This document shows positions 38,913 to 50,493 of a stretch of DNA of 64,000 nt, piece by piece. This stretch comes from Lingula anatina (taxonomy: Eukaryota > Animalia > Brachiopoda). The DNA lies in NCBI GenBank assembly GCA_051362555.1, contig CM120647.1:10416001-10480000 (forward strand), given 5' to 3'. Numbering within the stretch: the stretch's first letter is position 1; every line of letters starts with the position of its first letter. The notes under the pieces are model-generated. The model was not told the origin of the DNA and ran no database searches. It saw nothing but the letters and a program-made list of their open reading frames with translations. A program made the position numbers and the translations under genes.

Positions 38913-41900
38913 ACACACAAACACACAACAAAGTCAGGAATACGGGAATAAAGTTTGAGTAAAAGTATTTTGCAGCTGTTGGAAGCTAGCCGTAGTAGAA
39001 TTAAAATTTGTTTAGCAAAGCATTTGTGTAAAGTTAATTATGCTGAACTGAGTGAAAGCATAGGCTAAAGCAGACTACTGCAATTTTGGATTCTGATTTC
39101 AAATTTATCTCTAGCTGAACAGAACAATTCATTTACAAATGAAAATTTTCTGTCAAAAATAAAGAACAGAGATATCAGGAGATCATCAATTAATGCTTTT
39201 ATTTTTTCCTTTTTTTTAGGTTTTTAAAAGAAGATTTTGCCAAATATGCTGTAAACATTGAGAACTGTGTCTACCTGGACGACTGCACCGCTCCAGTGTC
39301 TAACTGCATTATCAATGTACAAAATGGATCAAGAACCATCCTACACAGCAACAAGTACAGTAATTACTCAATCTTTTCTATGCAGTAAAAGCACCACAGA
39401 AATGCTTTATAGAAATATAGTTTTGTGATTATAAAATTATGTATCTGAAAGTTTGATAATTTTTGTCCATTGAAAACACCGAGTCATTACCATAGGAATT
39501 CATGGCATACTATACAGACAGGTTTAGTGGTGGTGGGGATTTGCCAACAATTTATTTGCCTTACGCCTGACTGTTTTGTGCAATTTGCATATTTTTTTCA
39601 AAAAAAAAATTTTTTTTCAAATTTTTTTGCTTGAATAATGGTATTTTACCTTCTAGGAGCTTGCCTGAGTTTTCCTACAAAGACTTCCAGAAGATTGATC
39701 TTAAAAAGCAAAAATACCAGTGGGTCCATTTTGAGGTAAAACTTTGAATAGAAAAGAAATAAAATAGTTTTTCTTTTCATCAGATTATTTATTATTCAGT
39801 AAAAAGTCATTAATAGTTTGTTTGTATTTATTACATGGTGATATATAAACTTTAATAGAGTGTCATCATCATCATCATTGCTCTTCGTCCCGCGTGGGAC
39901 ATAAGGCCACAGTCACTTCTTTCCATTTGGCCCTGTCTCTGGCTACGTGCTGGGCCTGTCCCCATGTAAGGTCCCCCTCCCTCAGCTCTGCCATTATTGT
40001 TCGGCGCCAGGTGGTCTTGGGCCTTCCTCTCTTTCTTTTTCCGGGTGGTGTCCATCTCAGAGCTACCTTTGGTACTCTGTTCTCGTCCATCCTAAGTACA
40101 TGGCCGAGCCATTTAAATCGCCGTCGCTTGATCTGCCCTACAATACTCTGGCTCCCTGTCAGTATGTACAGGTCATGATTGGAGATCTTATTTGGCCAGA
40201 ATATGCGGCAGATCCTGCGGAGACACCTGTTATGGAAGGACTCTACTCTGCTCATGTCAGACTTTGTAAATAGAGTGTGGTTATGGTAAAAACTTGAAAA
40301 TTTCATCATTTAAATATTGATTAATATTTTTAATTGCATGAGTCTTACATGGCCATATTAGGTGATGAACCTTTCAAAAGTATCGAGAGGGCCATTTTCA
40401 AGTTTTACTGAATTTTCAAATTGAAAAAAAAATTCATCAACAGAGAATCGCCTTCCCACAATATTTCCAAGAATTACTACAATTTACGCAAGTCTGATGT
40501 GCCTCCTTCCTACCCAGGGTCGCCCCAATGTCCCAGATATTTCTAGTATGCTTCAAGCCATAGACAGCCATAATAAGGCACATCCAGATGAGAAAATAAT
40601 TACTTCAGTGGAGCTAGAGAAGACCAGGATGGAAATAGGTGAGACAATTCTGGATTTGTTTGTCTTAAACAGGAAATTAAATAAGTTTTCCATAAATATG
40701 GCAATTTTTGGACAGGAGAAGAGCAGGATAGAAATTGGTGACATTAATTTAGCCTGTTAATCTTCAACAGCTAGTGAAAAATTATGTGACAGATAAGACA
40801 GGCATTTTGTTAAATATGACACTTATTGGCAGGCAGTGTGTTAGAAGTTTTGACATACAGAGAACATCTATACATTGTGTTAGATGTGACATGATAGCAA
40901 TACATTCAGTGTGTTAGATGTGACATGATAGCAATACATTCAGTGTGTTAGATGTGACATGATAGCAATACATTCAGTGTGTTAGATGTGGCATATGATA
41001 GCAATGCAATCAGTGTGTTAGATGTGGCATATGATAGCAATGCAATCAGTGTGTTAGATGTGACATGGTAGCAATGCATTCAGTGTGTTAGATGTGACAT
41101 GGTAGCAATGCATTCAGTGTGTTAGATGTGACATGGTAGCAATACATTCAGTGTGTTAGATGTGACATATGATAGCAATGTATTCAGTGTATTAGATGTG
41201 GCATATGGTAGCAATACATTCAGTGTGTTAGATGTGACATGGTAGCAATACATTCAGTGTGTTAGATGTGACATGGAAGCAATGCATTCAGTGTGTTAGA
41301 TGTGACATGGTAGCAATACATTCAGTGTGTTAGATGTGACATATGACAGCAATGTATTCAGTGTATTAGATGTGGCATATGGTAGCAATACATTCAGTGT
41401 GTTAGATGTGACATGGTAGCAATGCACTCTGTGTTTTACAACATGACATATGATAACGATGGATTCAGTGTGTTATTTGTGATGCCTCTAATTTTGTACA
41501 TGTTTAAATTAACTATTTTATTTTCTTCCAATGTTTCAGTACCTCTCTTAGATAAAGCAGATTATGTATTTGTGAGCAAGGAGCATGCTCAGATTCATGG
41601 TTACCAGTGTAAAGAAGACACTGTGGAGGGATTGGGCACAAAAATAAGAGACAGGTACAACACAAGGCCTCTCCACTACATCTCCTTCCTCCAACGTGTT
41701 CAACCCTCTCCTCACCCCCAACCCCTCTCTTCCAACCTCTCTCTCCTCCACCCCTCAAATCCAACCCCTTTCCAAATTTAAGTGACAGAATGTGCAATTA
41801 ATCTTATATGGATTCACCTTATTTCATTCATTAACCATACTCTTGTTATTATTTGTGTGTACGTGTTTGGGAGGGGGACTTGTTTTTTGATTTCATAGAT

Positions 41901-42256
41901 TACCCTACAATTCATTCATTTTCAAGTATAAATTTGCTAAATTACCTAAGTTAAATTGATTTTGTAAATTAATTGGTTATTTTTTCTTGTTCATCAGCTC
42001 AGTGATAATTTGTGCCTGGGGGGAGAGTGGCGCTTGTGCCAAACCTAAACATGGACCAATAGTGGCATCTCCAATTTTTCCACCAGAGGGCGGTGTGGTA
42101 GACACTCTAGGTGCTGGCGACTCATTCAACGCTGGCGTCATATTTGCCCTGAGTAGGGGGAAAATGTTACAAGAAGCTGTGTCATTTGGGTGCCTAGTTG
42201 CTGGAAAAAAGTGTGGATTTCGTGGATTTGAAGGTCTGAAAGGTTTTCCTCTTTGA
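37706..42256 (+). CDS. KHK: Ketohexokinase (fructokinase, PfkB family)
   Basis: Exons 37706-37812 (IACCGLTCCDFI..FPLEDSDQR), 38706-38822 (WQRGGNASNTSTVL), 39220-39354 (NGSRTILH), 39657-39735 (YQWVHFE), 40518-40638 (GRPN..SVELEK), 41540-41654 (DYVFVSKE) and 41998-42256 (CAWGE.GA..VVDTLGAGDSFNAG); phases consistent. Confidence 0.95.
38855..38910. repeat. (CT)n microsatellite
   Basis: Seen directly. Confidence 0.9.
39863..40268 (-). mobile_element. 5'-truncated RTE-clade LINE in KHK intron 4
   Basis: FHNRCLRRICRIFWP..RRRFKWLGHVLRM..PKVALRWTPPGKRKRGRPKTTW C-terminus, (GAT)n tail, and an AATAGAGTGT direct repeat on both flanks (TSD). Confidence 0.9.
40877..41425. repeat. Minisatellite with a 34/36-bp unit (GTGTTAGATGTGACATGGTAGCAATACATTCAGT), about 16 copies
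   Basis: Head-to-tail tandem copies with minor variants and no spacers; in KHK intron 5. Confidence 0.95.
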
Positions 42257-44041
42257 CCAAGTGACAGTTGGAGTGTTATTACTTTAAAAAATTGAGAAGA
42301 AAAGAAAACAAAGCTGTTGTTTAAAGAATAAAAACTTCAACCAAGGTAAGAAAAATGATTTTAAATGGTTTTGATTTAAAAAAAAAAAGTTCAACAGCGA
42401 AAGAACTGCCAGATGCCACTAGGTCAGTAACTTCAGTCAATACAAGTAAAGGATTGGTAAAAAAAAAATGACAGAGGAAAAAGGGAAATTAGTTCTTTTG
42501 CTTAAATGTGAGCTGACAATCCTTGTGTTACTATCCAGATATTTTACACTCATTATACCAAGCACTTGTCACACGTATATATATATATATATATGTAGTG
42601 TGTGTGTGTGCGTGTGCGTGTCATCTTAGCAATACACTGATACTAATTTGCAGGTGAATTAAATAACATTGATATCATTACTGCTTTTAATTAAGACCTC
42701 GATTAAGTGCCATATTATCTGAATATCTTATTTTAACTATTTTATTTTTTGGAGGGGGTGTCTTTAATTTAGACATTTGGTGGTAATCAGAAAACTACCA
42801 AATTTTATTTCATGGCAAGGTTTTCTTTTCCTGTCTGCAATAAGAATGGCAAATTTTATGTTGAAAATTTTGGCTGCCATTTTCTTGAATTTTATTAAAA
42901 TAAAACAAATAGACCTTGTAATTCTGTGTCGTTATTACAAATGTAGTCTTTACATACTGTTCTGATAATTTGTAGTACAACTCATCACTTCACATCTGAT
43001 TACTACACAAATACCAAGATTATATAAAAACATTCCTGTATTAAAGTGGTGCTTAAATGTAAATCAAAATCCATAAATTTTCCATATGAAATTAAATCTT
43101 AGGGTGCATTCACATCTAGAAGAGTCAAGGTCTAATAAGGCCGCGACCTAAATATGGCGGACCTACATGAAAGGGAAACCCCCTAATCCTCTAATGATCT
43201 CTCCGCCTCTCAAACGCCTCCCCATGTGTTGTCCCGGTTGAATTGAGCCGAGATTTAATTAGTGTGCCCCTGCAGGGACGACGTAGGGGGAGGCATGTGA
43301 GAGGCGGAGATTTGTTGCATGATTGAAAAAATAATTCTACGCAATATCATACACAATGAAGCATTGAAATGCTAATATAATCAAATAACACCAATTATAC
43401 CATTATATAAAAATACCCAGTTTCAGGATTTTCAGTCTTCATTTTGATTATTTGTTCCATAAAGTCCCCGAGTAAAAAAAATACTTTATGAGTAAAAAAA
43501 CGTTTCGTTTCATCATCTTATCTGTCTTCATTTTGATTATTTGTTCAAGTCACAGAAGTCAGATATATTACAGTCATTATACCAAAGACTTGCTCATGTT
43601 ATGTATATATATATTTTTAATTACCAATATTATATCAAGACGGTTATATTTTCACCTCCATTTATTAGTCTTGGCAATACTTTGATGTTGGTTTGCAGGG
43701 TATTGCAAAAATGTTGAAAAATAATGGAACCAAAATGCAAGAGCCCTATTAACTGCCATTGGAACTTAAAATTTTTATTCAAGTTTTCGTTTTGTATTGT
43801 TGGGAGGTGGAAAGTGCCCTTAATTAATAGGCATATAGTCTAATGTGGTAATCAGAAACCTGCAAATTTTATGTGAGTTTTCTGGTGTTCAACAAGATTT
43901 CATAATAAATACGTTTTCTTTTAAATCTGAAATGAGTGGATGCACTAGGTGTGAAACACTTCTAATAAACTGCAAAATTTTAAGCCATATTTCAGATCAA
44001 ATTTAGTATTAACATAATTTGAATTACAAGCCATGTCTACT

Positions 44042-44128
44042 CACCCTGAGCTTCAGAGATAACTTGACACGATGGAGATAGGCTATAGTGAAGAGGTTAG
44101 TGTCAAGTTATCTCTGAAGCTCAGGGTG
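44042..44128. mobile_element. 87-bp mini-MITE with perfect 29-bp TIRs and an 8-bp TSD
   Basis: CACCCTGAGCTTCAGAGATAACTTGACAC ... GTGTCAAGTTATCTCTGAAGCTCAGGGTG, with TGTCTACT on both flanks. Confidence 0.9.
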
Positions 44129-45060
44129 TGTCTACTCTGAAAACTACACAATTTAAAACGTTAAAATAAGTTTTTTTAGCCATCAGATATATTGTTCTAT
44201 AACTTCAACAACTCACAAACTTTTGAATTTAAATTGTGCTCTTTTTGATGCATTGTTATTGGTCGACCCTGAAAATTTCTAGTCTTTAAGTAGAAAAAGT
44301 TTTCATGTTATCAATTAATCAAAAACACACCGGCACCTATCAGAAGTCACATAGGCTGACACAGCATTTTTTGACTGAAGATTTAATTTTTTTTTTTTTT
44401 TGACATGCCAAAACTAAAAAGGGTAGAGTCATGAAATTTCCAGCATTTATAAAAAAACAATTTATCTAAAATATTTAAAATTAATTGCAATACCTCCAAA
44501 ACTGCTGAAGTTATTAAACTTTGAAATAAGTAATTTTTCTATTAAGTCACCTAATTGAGACATTTTTTAAAAATATGTGATATGGTTTTAAATTGTAAAT
44601 AGATAAAAACAGATACAAAATCATACTTATAAATTTAAACAATAACATAGCAAGTTTGATTGAAAACGTGGACAGTATAAAAAATATCAAGGAAACTATA
44701 ATTATAAAACTACAAGAGTACATCTATATAAACATTTATGAAGTAGAAATAATAAATAATGGTCTGTTCTGCTGTAAAATTTGTAAAATTAAAAAAAAAT
44801 TAATGTATGCATAAGACATTAAAAAAAAAAAATTACATAAAATTTGAACTGAGTTATAAGACTAGTGCAATAATTAAGCAATGTTCTTGAGATGATACAA
44901 ATCTTGCAAGCCCTAATCATTTATATTTGACAAAATGTATCAAGGTTTGTTACATAATTGTTTTGGTTCTGACAATTCTTAACATAAAAACATCTTAGTC
45001 TCCTCTTGTCCATTGGTCTACTGTTATGGTTGCAAATCCACTGCAGGAGTTCAATAGTTA

Positions 45061-45295
45061 GGGACCATTCCCACAGATATTTGGATCGATCTATCTCCCT
45101 GGGGAGTCTCACTAAATTTTTGTCAACTTGACCAGCTTAAATGTCTGTCATGCCTAGTAAAGCTGTTTGGGGATAGTTATCTTTATCCCCTAGCTGATTG
45201 GGTAGGCGTGACAGACATTTAAACCGGTTATTTGATAGCAATTTAGTGAGACTCCCATGGGAGTTAGATCGATCTCTAGGCATGGGAACCCACTC
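45061..45295. mobile_element. MITE family A copy inserted in the terminal coding exon of the HELZ2-like gene
   Basis: GGGACCATTCCCA...TGGGAACCCACTC flanked by TTA/TTA; inverted relative to the copy at 8222. Confidence 0.85.
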
Positions 45296-48200
45296 TTAGA
45301 ATGTGCTGTGGTGAATGCGGATAAAAAAATTGATGTAGTTCAGCTTCTCTCACTTTCAGTTTATTTGCACAATCAGAAAGGTTTTCATCTAGTAGTGCTT
45401 TACGTAAAGTAGAATATGGACGTTTGTCCATTTCTGCCTTCAAAATAACATTTAACAGTTTCCTGTTTGCCTCAGTCATTGGCCCATTAAATTGATCTTC
45501 TTCATAATGTTCTATCATCCCAGCGGCCACCAAATGGTTCCTCATCATTTCTGGGTTCATTGTACAAATCAAATAACGAAAACTACTTATAATTTTCAAC
45601 TTCTCAAGCTTATATCGGCATGCTTCCTAAAAAGGAAAATTTAAATAACTTTGTCATAATTTAAAAATCATTAATGGTTGGTATAAATCAATAAAGCCAT
45701 TGACATGCATTTGTTTTTCATATGTGGCAATGATTCCCCGTTTTGTGCCATCAAATCATTCCCCTGAAGAATTACCCAATGTGCTTTTCTTAAATACATC
45801 TAAAAAAATCCATTATGTTTTATCATGATAAATTACAAGAAGAATATAATACAGTGCAAACATTGATAAGTCATTATATTTTCATGCAAACTCAATGGGG
45901 AATAATTCAACTAATTACCTTCACTTGGTTGATGATGTCTCCTTCAAGAAGAGCTTCATTGCATAAATCCATGCATAAGAGATACAGGCGTCTCACATCT
46001 CCCTTTAACAACGTATTGAATATGACTTCCATGGTGACAACATAGGGGATGGGACAATTTGGTGGACCATTTAGATGTTTCAAAATACCTCCCCAAACAT
46101 TGACCTTTTTAAATTCATCACTTAAAGAATCCCACAATTCACATGTAATGAACTGGCTGTCAGACTGAGCTGCATATTGTTGACCGTGTGCTGCACCATA
46201 CTGAACTAGTGACCCCTCAAAGCTTTGTTCCAAAGAGATTTCAGGATTGACTGATCCAGAGACACTTTCTGCCAATTCTACAGTGTAAGGCAATTCCCTC
46301 CTAGAATCATGTTCTCCCTGTCTGACTTTTGGTCGAACATCTGGTGATTTTACTGCGGTCTGCAATGTCCCATTTGGCATCAACTGATAATGGGAGTTAA
46401 TATGTTCTGACACTGAATCTCCTCTTCTTGTAAAGGATTCTTCCAGCTCTTTCCTTGTTGTTTCTTCATTTTGTGGTTTTCTTGGCCCTTCATATGGCAA
46501 TTCTGAATTCCCATTCATTTCTCCATATTCCAAAGACTGTTCAAAAGCTTCTTTCCTTTGTGTATTTTCATCACGTTTGGCATTATGATTTGAAACTAAA
46601 TTTCTGTATTCAGAATGATTACCATTTGGCAGTGCCTTTAAAGAATCACCAGCCATAAGGAGCTGAAAAATATTTCAATGCATTATGCAACAGTTGAAGA
46701 AAATTATAGCATTAAAAGAGACCAATTTTCAAAGTGAAAGGACATATAGACCTCTTCAGTCCATTCGCAGATTAGATCAAAATAACAGATTGTGCATGCA
46801 GCACCAAAAATACAAACAATATGTGATTTAATTTCATATCTTGATTTAAGACATATATCGGTAATAATTATGATACTCCACAACATCTTGCTGAAATTTT
46901 CTATGGACTAGTTTTGAAGCATACCCAATTTTTTGTGATTTAATTTTCCACACTATACTAGTATCGATTTGATCTCTAGGTTCGTTAAGTCAATTAGAGA
47001 CATGGAGATTCAGCGCAAGAGAAACACTAAACAGATATACCAGAACAATTGAAAAATACAATTCTATGTGAAAAAGCTATAAAAGAATCAAGCTGGTGGT
47101 ACTTATAAGAGTAACCAATTATACATGCAGATCTACCGTAAAAGGTACCTGTATAAAAAAAAGGGGGGCTCATACATTATCAATTTACCTCTTTAAGCAT
47201 CTTTGTTATTACTATTTTTTTACAGGTATTATCGTCATTTTCCAGTTGAGCTTTGTATATCTTTATCTCACACTCAATGACACTGGGGCACTGGCCGTCA
47301 GCAGGCTCCAAACGAAATACTGCACGTGTATCTATATCTTCAACTAGATCCAAATAGCTGACTTCCTGGAATCAGCAAACAGTTCATTCACACACACACA
47401 CATATATATAACAGCTAGAATAGCTAGTTATTGTTATCATACCATTTAGCCCTTATCAAATTTGTGGTGGAATTTCCAAATGTACAAATACCAAGTTGTC
47501 AAACTGTTTCCACTTGTAGATCAATAACTTCAGAAGTCCTGCAGTTATAAAGTACTGGGCAGTAATACCACTTCAGAAATTCTACATTAACACATTTGCA
47601 GGATGGAAGACTGAAAAGATCTTTAAATTATTAGAATTATGTTATTTTCTACAATAATGATCACTACAGTAAAGAATTTAACACTGAAGTTATGTTCTTT
47701 ACTACCTGAATATGATCTTCTTTTCTAGTTAATTTCCAACAGTTTTCAAATTCACCAATTTCCAGACAAAGTCCACTACATTCCTTGTGATGTTCACACA
47801 AGTATACAATGATACAGCGATAGTCAAGATACTTGAACTGCAATTTTGACATTTCTTTTTCAAGTTTCTGCAAGAAAAATAAATGCAAAAAAATGTAAAA
47901 AGCGACTGATAAACAACTGAGCCAGCAGAGGCTGTTAAATGTACAACACTGGATCTGTAGCACTCCATTAACGTGACAAATGACGTATTAAAAAAAATAA
48001 TCCTTCATTTCTTATTCTATGTCTGTTAAAACATTAAAATATGACCAAATGTTGAGCAATTACATGAAGCAATTATGAATATACCTCTCTTTCATCTGGC
48101 AGATCTGCTATGCAGTGAACATTTAGATTAAGTTTTCGTCTTTCTACATCATACAATTGCCCATAGGCTTGCACCTGCATCTTCTTTTTGTTGCATGAGG

Positions 48201-49897
48201 TGCTGTGTTTGGTAAAATGGTGCAGGCCAATTATACACCTGTTGTGTAGGAACATAGAAAAATAATTGTCCTTCAGCAGTTTCCAGTCACAACATTCATC
48301 AAACCCCGTTTCTGAGCTCCAGATGTTTTTTTGGGTATTTAGTCCATGTACATCAGGAATGCAGTGACTGATGGTTAAGAAGATCATCTTTTTAAACATC
48401 AATCCATGGGGCTCACAAAATACCACAGGGGATGTTTGTGCCTGATCAGGACCAACTGGGAGCTTGTCTTGTTCTCTTCTGGTAATCCCCAGAGTTATCA
48501 ATGTTTGGCTTTCTAAGGCTCCTGGTGGTACATACAAGGAAACCCCTGTTCCAGGGAGAGTCAAAATACCACCCTGCTCATCCACCCAGAACTGGTAATA
48601 GTATAGTTCACCAGCTATGTTGCTTTCATAGTCAAAACATGGAGGTGTTCCTGGAGTGCTCGTTCCTGAGAAGGAAAACAAAGAATTAGCTCTATCCTAA
48701 GTAATACTATGTAAATGTCCACAATGAGGCGCATTTTTCTATATCTTGGGATTATCGCCATTGTAACTATCGGTCATGTAGATTGGTAAAAACTCCACGG
48801 GGACTCTAGCTGAATGCAGTCAGATTAGCAGATTAAAACGCGTCCTCCTGGCATTGAGTAGAATACAGAAAAGTTGGTAATCATATATGACTAAGGGCGC
48901 ATTCCAACAGATTTTAGATCGATCTATCCCCATGGGGAGTCTCACTAGATTACTGTCAGATAATCCGGCTTAAATGTCCGTCCAGCCTACTATAAGCTGT
49001 AAGGGGGTAATTAACTTTCGTGCCCGCTCGGCTGACAGCTATTTAGCAGGGAGTTAGGTCAATCTAGTGTGGATCGATCTAATTTCTGGGAATGTGGTCT
49101 AAGTTGGAAACAAGAGCGTATGCATCTGTTAATCTGATTTCATTCAGTGAGAGTCCTCGGAAGACCAGTAGTTTCATTGGGAATGAGTTGAGGATCCTTA
49201 TTTACCTTTTCAACTTTTTCATTTAATTTTTTTAAACCATCAAAATAATAATTTCAAAGAACTCTGTTTGAAAATTACAAGTGCAGAGATGGGTTGAGCA
49301 GTGTTTCACAAAAAAAAAAAAAAAAAAAAAAAAACGACAAATGCTCCCCCCCCCCCCCCCCATTCTGGCATGTTTATCTCTAACTTACTATCATATGTAA
49401 ACAGGTACAAGGTAGAATAAATGTTTACAAAATGGAATTTCTTACCTCTACTCTGAGAAGACAGCGAACTATTTATAGTCCCTGTGCTTGTTGATAAACT
49501 GGCCACTTCAGTATCTATATACAAAGAAATTACAGTTAAATCTGTTGAAAATCATATCAGTAACAATGAACTAATGAGCAAATAAATAATTTATAAACAA
49601 AAAAATGATAATTACAATCAACACATGCTAGTATTTGATTTTTCGTCAAATTATTTATTTTCAAAAATTATTCACTAGTTTTGCTGACATGAAATATCTT
49701 TCCTATGCCAAATTGGTCAGAATTATTCATACCACTGATATTCGGTGTCTGTGTGTGTTGAAATGACTGTCATGTGTAATATTTACCTTACCTACCTGTA
49801 TAATTTTCCTCATTTAAATTCATTTTAGGTTTCACATGATCTCTAAACATTTCATGGTTTCTAAATCTGGGTGGAAGGTCTGCAATGAACTTCTTTC
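45276..49897 (-). CDS. ZU5-UPA (FIIND-like) + death-fold + CARD-like module, probably the C-terminal part of the HELZ2-like protein
   Basis: Exons 49897-49796, 49514-49446, 48665-48085 (ZU5: VDEQGGILTLPGTGVSLYVPPGAL..SPVVFCEPHGLMF..LTISHC; HHFT), 47867-47706, 47365-47189 (UPA-like), 46662-45919 (linker plus helical death-fold-like segment) and 45626-45276 (CARD-like: FRYLICTMNP..NHLVAAGMI..EANRKLLNVIL..LRKAL..SDCANKL). All GT-AG, phases 1,1,0,0,0,0, no stops. Confidence 0.8.
48895..49099. mobile_element. MITE family A copy nested in a family B element
   Basis: GGGCGCATTCC...GGAATGTGGTC with TAA/TAA TSD. Confidence 0.75.
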
Positions 49898-50493
49898 CTA
49901 CAAGAAACAGTCATTTATGGATGCAAAATATTTAGCAGTATCACTTTATTGATTTATCAGTGTGGATGCATAAAAGGAAAGACCAGGTATTGCTATAAAA
50001 TTAATTTTATAGTAATTGTAATTCATCAAAGAGATAAAATAATGATTAGTTCAAAAATATGGAAAATTCCTCTTAAAGATAGAAAATTGCCATTAAGATG
50101 AGTTCAAGAACTGTTTAAAAAGCTGTCAAGCAACTTTCCTTCTTTCTTTAGAAGCAAGTGGGCAAAATTGGACATAATAAAACATCAAAGGATGTTTTTT
50201 GCTTTTGATGAGCCATGATCATCTTTCCTACTTGTTATATTTCACAGCAGTTTGGGGGAAAATGAAACAGACATGAATGAATAAATTTTTTATTCAATTT
50301 AACAAAAAAATAAATAAATGAATATTTAAAAACTAAACACCCTCAAACATTTTATTTGAAAGTTGTACAAAATAACAGCATAAAAATAGATAAATAAAAG
50401 ACTTATAAGATTGTTTAAATCAATTTAAGTATTAAACTTAAAAAGAAAGCAAACATCATTTTTTATTTCTTATTCAAAATAGACATTACTTAC

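Noticed and set aside
40877-41425. Regular ~34-bp repeats resembling a CRISPR array
   Set aside because: No unique spacers, no cas genes, and it lies in a eukaryotic intron; it is a minisatellite.
44042-44128. Possible pre-miRNA hairpin
   Set aside because: A perfect stem with an 8-bp TSD indicates a MITE; there is no small-RNA evidence.
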